Shown here: positions 8,749-17,926 of the stretch, piece after piece | How the letters are laid out: the number at the start of each line of letters is the position of its first letter | How positions within the stretch are numbered: position 1 is the first letter of the stretch | Source: a virus | Lineage: Duplodnaviria > Caudoviricetes | Virus record (IMG/VR): IMGVR_UViG_3300011335_000288 | Location: 1 to 26,430 of that record | DNA length: 26,430 bases | Reading direction: 5' to 3' (one strand) | Made by a program: the position numbers and the translations under genes | Notes under the pieces: generated by a model | What the model saw: only the letters and a program-made list of their open reading frames with translations | What the model was told of the DNA's origin: nothing | Database searches by the model: none

Positions 8749-10472
8749 TAGGTCACGTTCCCCGCAACGACACAGGTTGTTCCAGATATAAACAGGATAG
8801 TCGCCACACCCGCAGCAGCAAGCGTCATCGTAGCTTTGTCAGTGAAAGTCCCTGCGATATAGGCTGTCGTGATGCTGCAAGTAATCGTTGATGTAGACGC
8901 TGTGTTGTTAAACAAGGTAATAGCGTTACCCTCGGCAAAGGTTGCGTCTGGGATAACTATCGCACCGCTTGCGCCGAGCTGGACGTATTTACCGACATCG
9001 CCCACTGCTAGTGTGTAGCTGGCTGTCTTAGTCCCGACTGCTGGTACACTCTTAAAGCCAACTAGATTTGTGCCGTCTGCTGTTGTGTTGGACAGGTTGC
9101 CTGAAGTAGGAGTACCAAGCAAAGGAGTGACTAATGTTGGAGAAGTGTTGAATACTAATGACCCAGTACCTGTATCATCTGTTACGGCTGCTAACAGGTT
9201 TGCACTATTTGGTGTGCCTAGGAATGTAGCTACACCTGTACCTAGAGAGGTAATACCCGTACCGCCATTAGCGACTGGAAGCGTACCTGATACATCCGCA
9301 GTCAAAGACACCGCACTGTAACTTGGCGCACCACCTACATTGCCATGAAGAACTGTAGTAGTTGTGCCTGCACCTGTATTACCTAATGTAGTCGTAGTAG
9401 GAGCGTACACAACACCGTATTGGGTAAAGTTAGAGGTTTGCCCAGTACCGCCATTAGCGACTGGAAGCGTCCCAGTGACACCTGTGGTCAAGGGTAACCC
9501 TGTAAGGTTTGTAGCTACACCAGAAGTAGGCGTTCCTAGCAAAGGAGTAACTAATGTAGGACTAGTAGCAAATACTGCTGCCCCAGTACCTGTCTCATCC
9601 GTCAATGTAGCTGCTAGGTTAGCACTTGTGGGCGTTGTTAAGAAGGTAGCAATACCAGAGGCAAGGCCACTTACGCCAGAGCTAATTGGGAGTCCTGTAG
9701 CGTTAGTTAATGTACCTGACGATGGAGTTCCTAAGACACCTGCATTCACTACAGGAGAGCCAGCAGAGCCTACGTTAACGCCTAACGCTGTAGCTACACC
9801 TGTACCAAAGGCTGTTATCCCTGTACCACCATTAGCTACTGGTAAAGCTGTGCCAGAGTACGTCATGGCTAGAGTGCCAGAGGATGTAATTGGACTACCT
9901 GCTATACTAAAGATGCTAGGAACTGTAGCTGCTACACTAGTGACTGAACCTGTACCCGCAGTAGCCCAAGTGCCATCACCACGCCAAAAGGTAGACGCAG
10001 TAGCAGAAGTGCCTGAGTTAAGATTAGTTACTGGAAGATTGCCTATAACGCCAGTGCTTAAAGGCAGACCAGTTATATTTGTAGCTACACCAGAAGCAGG
10101 TGTGCCAAGTAAGGGAGTAGTGAAACTAGGAGAGATAGCAAATACGTTAGCACCTGTGCCAGTCTCATCAGTAAGAGCAGCTGCAAGGTTTGCTGAGGAG
10201 GGAGTAGCTAAGAATGTGGCAATACCACTGCCTAAGCCAGTAACACCTGTACTAATAGGCAATCCTGTGGCATTAGTAAGCGTTACACTTACAGGAGTGC
10301 CAAGAATAGGAGTTACAAGTGTAGGAGAGGTGCTGTTAGCCTTTGTAGCTATAGCGATAGCAAGAGCATCAAACTCTGTATCAAACTCAGAGCCTTTAAT
10401 GCGCTTTGCGGGAGAGCCAGGACTAAGAGCATCCTTGGGTGTAAAGCTGGTAGTCTTAGTATAGTCTGACAA
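8748..10472 (-). CDS. Tail fibre protein (TTG start)
   Basis: N-terminal attachment segment [10 protein letters not shown]...[13 protein letters not shown], then Thr/Gly-rich repeats [15 protein letters not shown]...LPVANGGTG; AAGAGG RBS. Confidence 0.85.
   Translation of the reverse strand: MSDYTKTTSFTPKDALSPGSPAKRIKGSEFDTEFDALAIAIATKANSTSPTLVTPILGTPVSVTLTNATGLPISTGVTGLGSGIATFLATPSSANLAAALTDETGTGANVFAISPSFTTPLLGTPASGVATNITGLPLSTGVIGNLPVTNLNSGTSATASTFWRGDGTWATAGTGSVTSVAATVPSIFSIAGSPITSSGTLAMTYSGTALPVANGGTGITAFGTGVATALGVNVGSAGSPVVNAGVLGTPSSGTLTNATGLPISSGVSGLASGIATFLTTPTSANLAATLTDETGTGAAVFATSPTLVTPLLGTPTSGVATNLTGLPLTTGVTGTLPVANGGTGQTSNFTQYGVVYAPTTTTLGNTGAGTTTTVLHGNVGGAPSYSAVSLTADVSGTLPVANGGTGITSLGTGVATFLGTPNSANLLAAVTDDTGTGSLVFNTSPTLVTPLLGTPTSGNLSNTTADGTNLVGFKSVPAVGTKTASYTLAVGDVGKYVQLGASGAIVIPDATFAEGNAITLFNNTASTSTITCSITTAYIAGTFTDKATMTLAAAGVATILFISGTTCVVAGNVT
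9259..9470. repeat. Identical 26-bp direct repeats GTACCGCCATTAGCGACTGGAAGCGT at 9259-9284 and 9445-9470
   Basis: Exact match read from the sequence; 186-bp (62-codon) period within the tail fibre gene. Confidence 0.9.
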
Positions 10473-10495
10473 AGTAAGAACCTCTTAGTAGGAGT

Positions 10496-10524
10496 ATTAT
10501 AAGGCATCTTACTGAAAAGCCCAA
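10496..10524 (-). promoter_or_regulatory. Possible sigma70 promoter for the tail genes (TTGGGC-17-TATAAT)
   Basis: Perfect -10 at 10501-10496, weak -35 at 10524-10519, 17-bp spacer; overlaps a terminator hairpin. Confidence 0.4.
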
Positions 10525-10575
10525 GTATATCCTAGGCTTTTTAGTAAAACTACTGCGCTCATAAGAACGCAGTAG
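10509..10575 (-). terminator. Tandem hairpins / rho-independent terminator(s) after the capsid gene
   Basis: Minus strand CTACTGCGTTC-TTAT-GAGCGCAGTAG-TTTT, then TTACTAAAAAGCCTAGG-ATATA-CTTGGGCTTTTCAGTAA. Confidence 0.8.
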
Positions 10576-10586
10576 AGTGTTTACTA

Positions 10587-11537
10587 TTACTCGTTTACTA
10601 CCAATACAAACCCTGCATCTGGTCGGTACGTTTTGACACCGTATAAGGTATCAGCAGTGTACAGATCAGCCAAGTATTCCTGTTTGTACTGTTTCTGGCT
10701 ACGAACAGCCATTTGCTCTGCCAAGATAAAGGTATCTTTGTGGATCAGCAGTGCGCCTACCAAGCGATCACCTGCTGTGTTATCAGCAGCAGATTCTACT
10801 TCAGGGCAGTTGCTGGTAACATAAATATCAATACCATACAGTTGACCTAGTTTGCCATTCTGTACGCCCTGACCATTTACAAAGTCAGAAGATACATAGC
10901 GGTCAATACCCATAATGGTATTACGAACACTAGGAGGAATAACGAACACGCGACCATCCATAGGCACGTCAGCATCATCCATTTTCTGAATCAGCTTACG
11001 GAAAGCAGCATCAGTCAAAAGGTCAGTTGTTATTACTTGGTCTACTGCGTATAGCGTTAGGCCAGTAGTAGCATCTGAATAGAAAGAAGCAGAGTGAACA
11101 AAAGATGAAGTACCATCTCCAAGTGTTTTACCAAGCTGAAAGAGATCAGAATCAATCTGTTTAGCCAAAGCATAACCAGCATCTTGGGTATAGAACTGAC
11201 GCAAGCTATCCAATGCCTGTACTTGGGCAATATCTTCAATCAAACGTGAGTATTCATAGTGCTTGTTGATTGAAACAACAACTGAACTCTCAGTGTTTGC
11301 TTGCAGGGTTACAGCAGTATTCTCAGACTTGCTAGAAGCAGCTCCGCGAGTAGGTGCTGGAATATTTATTGTATCCCCTTTCTTGCCTTTCATGGTAAGT
11401 CGTTTGACTAGGTTAGCCAATACGAGGTTCTTTTGATAGGCAGCTCGGATCTCATCAGACCAAAGCTCAGGGATAAAACTGTTAGCTTCGGTAAGACCGA
11501 CTGCGCCAGTCATTGTGGGGTAGGTTGAAGTAGCCAT
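10587..11537 (-). CDS. Major capsid protein (HK97 fold, P22/N4-gp56-like)
   Basis: FIPELWSDEI...KGDTINIP...AGYALAKQID...GQLYGIDIYVTSN...ADTLYGVKTYRP; GGAG RBS; follows the scaffold gene. Confidence 0.93.
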   Translation of the reverse strand: MATSTYPTMTGAVGLTEANSFIPELWSDEIRAAYQKNLVLANLVKRLTMKGKKGDTINIPAPTRGAASSKSENTAVTLQANTESSVVVSINKHYEYSRLIEDIAQVQALDSLRQFYTQDAGYALAKQIDSDLFQLGKTLGDGTSSFVHSASFYSDATTGLTLYAVDQVITTDLLTDAAFRKLIQKMDDADVPMDGRVFVIPPSVRNTIMGIDRYVSSDFVNGQGVQNGKLGQLYGIDIYVTSNCPEVESAADNTAGDRLVGALLIHKDTFILAEQMAVRSQKQYKQEYLADLYTADTLYGVKTYRPDAGFVLVVNE

Positions 11538-11564
11538 TTAAATCTCCATTAAAGTGATAAGGAT

Positions 11565-12341
11565 TTAGAAGACTCTGTTTTCTGCATACGCTTTCCTGAT
11601 CTCAGGGGCTAACGTAGCATATCGTTCAGGGTCATCTCGCATAAGGTTAATAATGTCTGCCCTTCGGAGTCTCTTACCTGATCCCATGTCCTCTCCAGCT
11701 ACTGCTGAACCACCTGTAGCAGCCCTACGTGATGTTTCCTTACGGGCTGTTTGCTCTGAAGACACTGCTTGACTAAGTAAGTTCTTGCGCTCTTTGTATA
11801 GAGCAAACAACTCGTCAGCAGAATCTACATCTAAGTCACTGTGTGCTTTCGCTAGTAGGGACTTACGTACAGGTGAGGCTGTAATCCACTCGATAAACTT
11901 AGGATCACCAAGCACTGTTTCTACATCGGGGTGTCTACGAACAATCTCAGCTTGTGCTGCTGATTGACGACTGTTAGCAGTATTCCTACGTAGTTCAGCT
12001 ACGAGTGGGTGCGCTTCAATAGTCTTATTGATTGCGCTTTGAGGGTCAGTATAATAGTCTACCTCTTCGACAGGTGCTTTATTCTTTGTGACAAGTTGTG
12101 TCTGCGTATGGATGAATTCATCAACAACTTTACGAAGCTCGCCTACTTCAGAACTCTGACGACCAAGGGCTTTCTCAGCTTCTTGGTGCATCCGTACAAT
12201 ATCTGTAAGTTGCTTGCCTCTGTATTTCTCTGGAAGCTCATCTGGTGGTGGAGTCTCCGCTTGTGGCGGGTCTACTACAAGGTCTTCTAGACTAGCTGCT
12301 TTTAAATCATCGAGCGAACGCTCATCAATTAGTTCTGCCAT
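11565..12341 (-). CDS. Capsid scaffolding protein
   Basis: LPEKYRGK...MHQEAEKALGRQSSEVGELRK and C-terminal RRADIINLM...EIRKAYAENRV; immediately upstream of the capsid gene. Confidence 0.85.
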   Translation of the reverse strand: MAELIDERSLDDLKAASLEDLVVDPPQAETPPPDELPEKYRGKQLTDIVRMHQEAEKALGRQSSEVGELRKVVDEFIHTQTQLVTKNKAPVEEVDYYTDPQSAINKTIEAHPLVAELRRNTANSRQSAAQAEIVRRHPDVETVLGDPKFIEWITASPVRKSLLAKAHSDLDVDSADELFALYKERKNLLSQAVSSEQTARKETSRRAATGGSAVAGEDMGSGKRLRRADIINLMRDDPERYATLAPEIRKAYAENRVF

Positions 12342-12434
12342 TATTAACTCCGTGACTTAGCATTGTGGAGAAGTAAAGGGGCTACCGGCAAGTAGTTGTC
12401 CTTTATTGTACCTCGGTTGAGGATTCTTTAGAGA

Positions 12435-12650
12435 TTAGTCTTCTTTAACTATAGCTTTACGCTCATGTTCCCTAGCCCATCTAAGAGCAGCTCCTGGGAA
12501 AGCCCCAGTGGTAGGATCAAGGTGTACAGCGGGAGCAGATATTAGGCGTCTAGCAGGTTCTGAACAGACTTTACAGGGTAAAGAGTGTATAGAAGAGCTA
12601 ACATTGGCCTCAAAACGGTGCGGAAAAGCACATTGGAAGTCAAATATCAT
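12435..12650 (-). CDS. FmdB-like zinc-ribbon protein
   Basis: MIFDFQC...HRFE...CKVC...RLISAP pattern. Confidence 0.7.
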   Translation of the reverse strand: MIFDFQCAFPHRFEANVSSSIHSLPCKVCSEPARRLISAPAVHLDPTTGAFPGAALRWAREHERKAIVKED

Positions 12651-12892
12651 GGGTATTCCCCTTCTTCCTGTATCTGTTTATGAGCAGATTCAGAGGTAGA
12701 TTTTAGGGAAATAAGACTAGTTAGAACGGCTAAAGAGCCTTGTCTATAGTCTAAATCTCTGGAGTCTCTAACAGTAGATACTTGATCTAAGTGGGATATT
12801 GCTTTTTCCCAGTCTTCTATTAGATACTTCCAGCCTTTGGTGCTAAATACTTCAAAGAGAGAGTTATAATACTCTTCTAACTCTTTAGTCAT
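12647..12892 (-). CDS. Conserved head-module hypothetical protein (81 aa)
   Basis: YYNSLFEVFSTKGWK...LDYRQG; AAGG RBS; downstream of a consensus promoter. Confidence 0.75.
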   Translation of the reverse strand: MTKELEEYYNSLFEVFSTKGWKYLIEDWEKAISHLDQVSTVRDSRDLDYRQGSLAVLTSLISLKSTSESAHKQIQEEGEYP

Positions 12893-12906
12893 TTTAATAC
12901 CTTTAT

Positions 12907-12935
12907 ATTATACCACAAATTAAACAAAGTGTCAA
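12907..12935 (-). promoter_or_regulatory. Perfect sigma70 consensus promoter with extended -10
   Basis: Minus strand TTGACA-ctttgtttaatttgtgg (17 nt, ending TGG)-TATAAT, upstream of the scaffold/capsid cluster. Confidence 0.9.
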
Positions 12936-13102
12936 TGATTAGTTGTAGCTATAGAGTGAATAGAGGTAATTGTGGCATTAGTAGGAGTAGTTAAGTTAGT
13001 TTTCAGGTACTTAAACATCTCAGCTACCTGCTCTGGAGTCCACTTACCCTCTGAATAAGCAATAACTGACATTATTATGTGCAACTCTTGTTCATTCCAC
13101 AT
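12932..13102 (-). CDS. 56-aa hypothetical protein
   Basis: MWNEQELHIIMSVIAYSEGKWTPEQVAEMFKYLK...; AGGA RBS; overlaps the upstream gene end. Confidence 0.6.
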   Translation of the reverse strand: MWNEQELHIIMSVIAYSEGKWTPEQVAEMFKYLKTNLTTPTNATITSIHSIATTNH

Positions 13103-13250
13103 TCTTCTGTCCTATTTTAGGGGCTTTGGCAGGCAAAGAAACGATTAAATCAGCAACCTTTGCTTCTAAAGCCTTTAAACGCTCGCGGTCTTCAGTGAAA
13201 GCACTGTTAACTTGGTCTAGCAGTTTAGTTATCTCAGTTGGAGTAAGCAT
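13092..13250 (-). CDS. 52-aa coiled-coil hypothetical protein
   Basis: MLTPTEITKLLDQVNSAFTEDRERLKALEAKV...; GAGGA RBS just after the portal stop. Confidence 0.7.
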   Translation of the reverse strand: MLTPTEITKLLDQVNSAFTEDRERLKALEAKVADLIVSLPAKAPKIGQKNVE

Positions 13251-13259
13251 ATATTCCTC

Positions 13260-15197
13260 TTAGTTACGTTCTTTTACAGATACTTCTCGTTCTCTTAGGA
13301 GGACATCAGCCACTTGTAGCCGTTTCTCGAAGTCCTTGTCGTCTTTGTTGCCTGCTGGTAGGTTCTTAGTGACAGATTCCAACTTAGCAAGCTGTAGTTC
13401 TTCAGGCATCATCTGTATCTCAGCAGCATACTTCTGCGCTCTAGCCATAGACTCAGCAGCTTGGCCTGTCAAAGCGTCTGTCTGAGCTTTCTGGAAGGCC
13501 ATCTGAGACTCTTGTACAGCCTGTTGCATCTGTTGAGCCTCTGGAGAAGGTGCTTGAGCCTGTTTCAAAGCTGCTTTAAGCTCCTCTCTGTTCGACAGGG
13601 ACATATTGTCAATGATGGACTGGATAAGGATAGGGTACAGAGGAGAGTCAGCAGGCATAGTCTGTAAGAGTTGTACAAGTTGTGTAACTTCATACTCCCT
13701 AGCAATAATACCTAGAGAGCTAGAGGTAGAGAACTTGTAGTCCTTTACTGGGTAGTTCTCAGGATCAAACTGCATATACCGCCAAGCAGCTTTCTCTATA
13801 AACGGAATAATGAAAGACTCTTGGAAGTTAATCAGGGTACGCTTATGTCGCTTGATGATAGCACCAAGACTCATAGAGATACCTGCGGCTGTAGCCTCGC
13901 CATTGATGCTGCCGGGGATACCAGCAGAGTCTATAGCCCCTGTAGCCATCTGGAGCATACGCTGTAAGGACTCAGCCTGCGCAAAGGTAATCTGATCTAC
14001 ACCACCTAAGCGGATAGGCTCTAGGACTTCAGAAGGCCGTCCAATGGTTAGTATAGTCTTTCCGGGGCGCACGGACATATCCATACCCCTAGGTATACGG
14101 GTACTGTCAATGCCGATCATAGGATGTACTGTCAATGCTAGAGCGTCTTGTCGCGCTCGTAGTTCAGCATCTAAGGCTTTCTGTGAGTTGTATCCTTTTT
14201 CACATATGCCACGACCCCAGAACCTGCCCGGTACTATGTCCCAAGGGAACGCTACAATAGGGCGGTCTTGCATCATGTACGGGTTCTCTTCAGCTTTAAG
14301 GAGATCACCACCGTTGGCTAAGACTATGATAGCCTCAACATATAGACTCTTTGGTTCTTCTTCTCCAGTAAGAGATACTACTTCATCGCCTTCTTCTCTG
14401 TTTGCTTTCTCAAGCAGGACTCTAGGTACTTTACCGTAGTAGGTAGTTCTACGAGTCTTGTTAGTCTCAGGAGATAAGATAGTAATGTCTTGGTCAAGGT
14501 CAGAGTTAGTATCAGCATCTCTAATGGCAATCTTCTTATAGATTCCTTTCTCTTGTAGTTCTTCAATAAGGTGAGGTGTTACGTGTTCATCAATAGCACA
14601 GCCAAGAGCTTCTTCGACAGTACACGCAGCAGGATCAATCAGGAAGTTCTGTGGTAAGATAGAGCGCAGCTTAACCACTGTACGGTCTTTGATGTTTACA
14701 CCAACTGCCGTAAGCTGTCCATCCATAATAGGCTGAGTAGCAGGTGACATCTCTTTAATATCTTCTAGGATTACTTCGGCTATCCCAGTGCCGTATACGC
14801 CCGCTACAAGGAGTGCTTCGGCTATAGACTTACGTATCTTAGTCTTCTTAAAGTCTTCATATAGTTTATTGCGTAGGAATTCTACATCCTGCTTCTCAGG
14901 GTCAGATATGTCATCTGTAATGTCAAACCAGATACCACGACCAAAGGTAGCTTCTTCAAGTTCAGATACAGAGGACTCTACCGCTTGTTGGGTAGCAGGT
15001 GATATAAGACGTGAACGCTCTGATGCTCTGGTTCTATCTTCAGCAGACCACACACCACGCCAGATGCGATAGTATTCGTCATGCTTCTCTCGATAATTGT
15101 TATCGTAATGATCGCGCCAAGAGTCAATCTTCTCCATTACCCAACTCTCAAGGGATTCTTCTAGTTCAAACTTCTCTTTGAGATTATAATCTGACAT
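13260..15197 (-). CDS. Portal protein (P22-type, with C-terminal coiled-coil barrel)
   Basis: 645 aa after terL; QNFLIDP, PGRFWGRGICEK, TAAGISM motifs and a Gln/Ala-rich C-terminus. Confidence 0.9.
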   Translation of the reverse strand: MSDYNLKEKFELEESLESWVMEKIDSWRDHYDNNYREKHDEYYRIWRGVWSAEDRTRASERSRLISPATQQAVESSVSELEEATFGRGIWFDITDDISDPEKQDVEFLRNKLYEDFKKTKIRKSIAEALLVAGVYGTGIAEVILEDIKEMSPATQPIMDGQLTAVGVNIKDRTVVKLRSILPQNFLIDPAACTVEEALGCAIDEHVTPHLIEELQEKGIYKKIAIRDADTNSDLDQDITILSPETNKTRRTTYYGKVPRVLLEKANREEGDEVVSLTGEEEPKSLYVEAIIVLANGGDLLKAEENPYMMQDRPIVAFPWDIVPGRFWGRGICEKGYNSQKALDAELRARQDALALTVHPMIGIDSTRIPRGMDMSVRPGKTILTIGRPSEVLEPIRLGGVDQITFAQAESLQRMLQMATGAIDSAGIPGSINGEATAAGISMSLGAIIKRHKRTLINFQESFIIPFIEKAAWRYMQFDPENYPVKDYKFSTSSSLGIIAREYEVTQLVQLLQTMPADSPLYPILIQSIIDNMSLSNREELKAALKQAQAPSPEAQQMQQAVQESQMAFQKAQTDALTGQAAESMARAQKYAAEIQMMPEELQLAKLESVTKNLPAGNKDDKDFEKRLQVADVLLREREVSVKERN

Positions 15198-15199
15198 TA

Positions 15200-16456
15200 T
15201 TAGTATCCTGAAATAGGGTCTAAGGGAGTGTAATCGGTACTTAAGAATGCTTCTAAGCCATAGGGAACTTTAGCAAGCTGATCGACATAGGACACAGCAT
15301 CTACTAAGTCATCATGGACTAAGGAGCTAGGGAACTGAAAGAGCTGGTCAAGGAACTCTGCTACCCACTCTCCTTTCCCTAACGTAATACGCCCATTCTC
15401 AAAGCGTCCTTGTAAAGACCATATAATACGATCTGATTTCTTTTTATTACCATGCGTTAGTTCTTGTACATTGAAGTACATATTGTTCATACGCATTAAA
15501 TCGCTTAGAGGAGACATTACTGCTTGTCTGCTAATACCCTTCTCTAAGCCTACGGCTAATGGCTGATAGTCGCGCACTGCTTGGAATATCTTTTCAGCAG
15601 TCTCTCCTAACTCCCATCTTCCTTTGATTATGTTCTCTATGTGCCAGTCACCATCAGCTCCTACTTTAGTAATAGCAATAGCAGACTGGTCAAGTTTAGT
15701 ATTCTTTGATCGCTTCTTGTTTACTTCTTCAAAGCCTGCAAGGTCTATAGTGATATAATAGTCTCCCTGTTTAGGAGGTTCACCATATTTAATCCAACTC
15801 TCTTTAAATATCTCAGACCCCATACTCTCAAAGGAGGCCAGGAACTCTTGTCTAAACGCATAGCTAGACATAGACTTCTTAGCTGCTTCTATCTCTGTTG
15901 GGTCTAGGGTTTCATTATTGTAGGATGTAAAGTGCCATGCCTTATAGTCTTTATCTTCTGCAAGTTCACTATACTTAAACAGGTCATAGAAATGATTACG
16001 CCCCATTGGAGTCCCAATGAACATAGCTTCCCCTTTTAAGTCAGCTAGAGCAGGACGTAGTATCTGTTCCCATACGTCTGGTCTAATGTCTGCATACTCG
16101 TCTAACACCAAGTAAAAGAGAGACACACCCCTCATAGTCTCTGGTCTGTCAGCACCCTTTAAGCGTATGGTTATACCATTGACTAAAGTAATCTCAAGGT
16201 TGTTAACATGGGAGTTCTTAATTACAGGTGCGCCAAGCTCTAGGAGTAGCTTCCACATAATGTCTCTAGCCTGCCCTTGTGTAGGACTGACATAGAACAC
16301 TGTACCGCTAGTGGCTTGTAGGGCTTTAACTATGAGCTTCCAAGCAGCCAGTCTAGACTTACCTGTACGCCTTCCAGCAGCAATGACTTGAAACCTAGAA
16401 GGGTCTGCCCATACTTCCTTTTGCCAGTTTAACAGCGATACATTTAACGATGTCAA
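15200..16456 (-). CDS. terL: Terminase large subunit
   Basis: Walker A AAGRRTGKS, Walker B LVLDEYA, coupling motif FIGTP, nuclease ITIDLAG...HDDLVDA. Confidence 0.96.
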   Translation of the reverse strand: MTSLNVSLLNWQKEVWADPSRFQVIAAGRRTGKSRLAAWKLIVKALQATSGTVFYVSPTQGQARDIMWKLLLELGAPVIKNSHVNNLEITLVNGITIRLKGADRPETMRGVSLFYLVLDEYADIRPDVWEQILRPALADLKGEAMFIGTPMGRNHFYDLFKYSELAEDKDYKAWHFTSYNNETLDPTEIEAAKKSMSSYAFRQEFLASFESMGSEIFKESWIKYGEPPKQGDYYITIDLAGFEEVNKKRSKNTKLDQSAIAITKVGADGDWHIENIIKGRWELGETAEKIFQAVRDYQPLAVGLEKGISRQAVMSPLSDLMRMNNMYFNVQELTHGNKKKSDRIIWSLQGRFENGRITLGKGEWVAEFLDQLFQFPSSLVHDDLVDAVSYVDQLAKVPYGLEAFLSTDYTPLDPISGY

Positions 16457-16929
16457 ACTTTAATCCCTACTGCTACAGAGGCTATTGCGGCAAGCCGTCT
16501 ATCCATATGTGGCTTACCGGGACGTAGAACGTGGTCACAGAAAGCCCTAGTCGCCTCCTCTGCACTCTTTTCGGCAGCAGCAAGCACCTTAGTAACATTT
16601 CCGTGACCAACATGGGCGACCCCCTTATCCCACTGCCTCAAGAGTATATCCACCATCATATTTAGTTGGGATTCGGCAGAATCTTCACTCTTGGCGTATT
16701 CGAGGTAGTCTATGTACAAATCGTACAGGCCACCACGGGGGTCTAACTGGAACAACCCATAAGCAGGATCAGAACGCTGTCCTTTCTGTTGGGTCTTGTA
16801 ATCGTATGTATAACCAGTCTCTATGGCTATATTAGCCATTATAGCTATAATTAGGTTATCGGCTAATAGGGCTTCTTTCTTTAGATGCTTTAATACTGCA
16901 TCTTGGTTCTCTCTAGGAGAAAAGGTCAT
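16453..16929 (-). CDS. Phage tail lysozyme-like muralytic protein (candidate endolysin)
   Basis: IAIMANIAIETG (catalytic Glu), AYGLFQ, F...LRPG..H.DRR pattern of Phage_lysozyme2-like domains. Confidence 0.7.
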   Translation of the reverse strand: MTFSPRENQDAVLKHLKKEALLADNLIIAIMANIAIETGYTYDYKTQQKGQRSDPAYGLFQLDPRGGLYDLYIDYLEYAKSEDSAESQLNMMVDILLRQWDKGVAHVGHGNVTKVLAAAEKSAEEATRAFCDHVLRPGKPHMDRRLAAIASVAVGIKV

Positions 16930-17360
16930 TTACACATCCTGTCATAAGCAGCCATCAGGCGGTACGCTATAGTTTCTATGCCGTACGCTTCTTGTTCTTT
17001 ACCGGGCTTTTCTTCACCAATTACTGTTTGTATCTCTTGCCATACGTGTACCGCTTCATGTATTAATACTGTGTACATCTCTCTAGCGGTAGTATTCGGA
17101 TCAAGTGGTACACACACAATGATAATCTGTGTTAAGGGTTCACCCATATTGAAGAAGTGGGTTGCCCCTAAAGCTCCATCTAATAGGTAAGGAGTAGGTG
17201 TTTCATTTAATCTCTTTAGTTCTTTATCAAATGCCTTCTGCGATGTACATAGTGCATACTGGATAGGTGCTACAGATAATCCTCTATCCATCCACTCTAA
17301 TGCTTTAGGACGTACTATCCTCTTCTTCGCTGTCTGTTTCTTCGTTGTCGAAGTCGCCAT
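16926..17360 (-). CDS. HExxH zinc-metallopeptidase-like protein
   Basis: TVLIHEAVHVWQ...GKEQEAY motif. Confidence 0.65.
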   Translation of the reverse strand: MATSTTKKQTAKKRIVRPKALEWMDRGLSVAPIQYALCTSQKAFDKELKRLNETPTPYLLDGALGATHFFNMGEPLTQIIIVCVPLDPNTTAREMYTVLIHEAVHVWQEIQTVIGEEKPGKEQEAYGIETIAYRLMAAYDRMCK

Positions 17361-17733
17361 CTAAAGCATCCTGTAAAGGCGCAGAGACAGTCGCACCAAG
17401 TCCTGATATGTTAATAGTAATGGCACTCTTACCACCAGCAGCGGCTGCTTCCATGCTACTTATAGGTATCATCCTGTCTAGTAATAGCTTCCATGCTGCT
17501 GCTTGGTTCTTATGGTTATCATCTACTGCTGCATTAAAGATAGCTTCTATCACCTTATGCGACTTAGGCGATGTCATCAGCCTAGCTTTGAACTCAGCCA
17601 TTGCAGCTGCCTCTCCAGGAGGTCTACCTAGCTTCACCAGCTTACCTGGTGTCTTAGCTATAATAGCTGACTTCTTAGGTCTTCCTCTCTTAACAGCATT
17701 CCCTTCGGGATGCACAGGCATAACTTCGGACAT
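17305..17733 (-). CDS. terS: Terminase small subunit (putative)
   Basis: First gene of the late arm; KRGRPKK and LGRPPG basic hooks, QAAAWKLLLDR helix and ITINISG beta strand. Confidence 0.7.
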   Translation of the reverse strand: MSEVMPVHPEGNAVKRGRPKKSAIIAKTPGKLVKLGRPPGEAAAMAEFKARLMTSPKSHKVIEAIFNAAVDDNHKNQAAAWKLLLDRMIPISSMEAAAAGGKSAITINISGLGATVSAPLQDALDGDFDNEETDSEEEDSTS

Positions 17734-17897
17734 AGATCGCCTTATATCAATATAGTCAATTTAGTGTTCAGTTCCTACCCGGTAGGGTGTACACTCGGTC
17801 GCCTTAACCAATTAATCACTTATTGTATTAATCATTAAGTTACTTAGTTACTGAAGCACCTGATAAGCCATCAGCGTATCTTTACATTATAGTGTAT

Positions 17898-17926
17898 ATT
17901 ATATCATATTTCAGAATAGAAGTCAA
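17898..17926 (-). promoter_or_regulatory. Sigma70 promoter for the packaging operon (TTGACT-17-TATAAT, extended -10)
   Basis: Minus strand TTGACT-tctattctgaaatatga-TATAAT. Confidence 0.8.

Noticed and set aside
9364-10464. 366-aa plus-strand ORF (also 2936-3370, 9070-9321, 17345-17755 and other antisense ORFs)
   Set aside because: These are shadow frames of Thr/Gly/Ala-rich or otherwise well-supported genes on the opposite strand, with no RBS or recognisable motifs.
6778-10472. Diversity-generating retroelement or invertible tail-fibre cassette
   Set aside because: No reverse transcriptase or invertase, and no adenine-specific TR/VR pair or inverted crossover sites seen.
10581-10600. Capsid read-through or frameshift extension as in T7 10B
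   Set aside because: Three consecutive in-frame stops followed by terminator hairpins, with no downstream frame to join.
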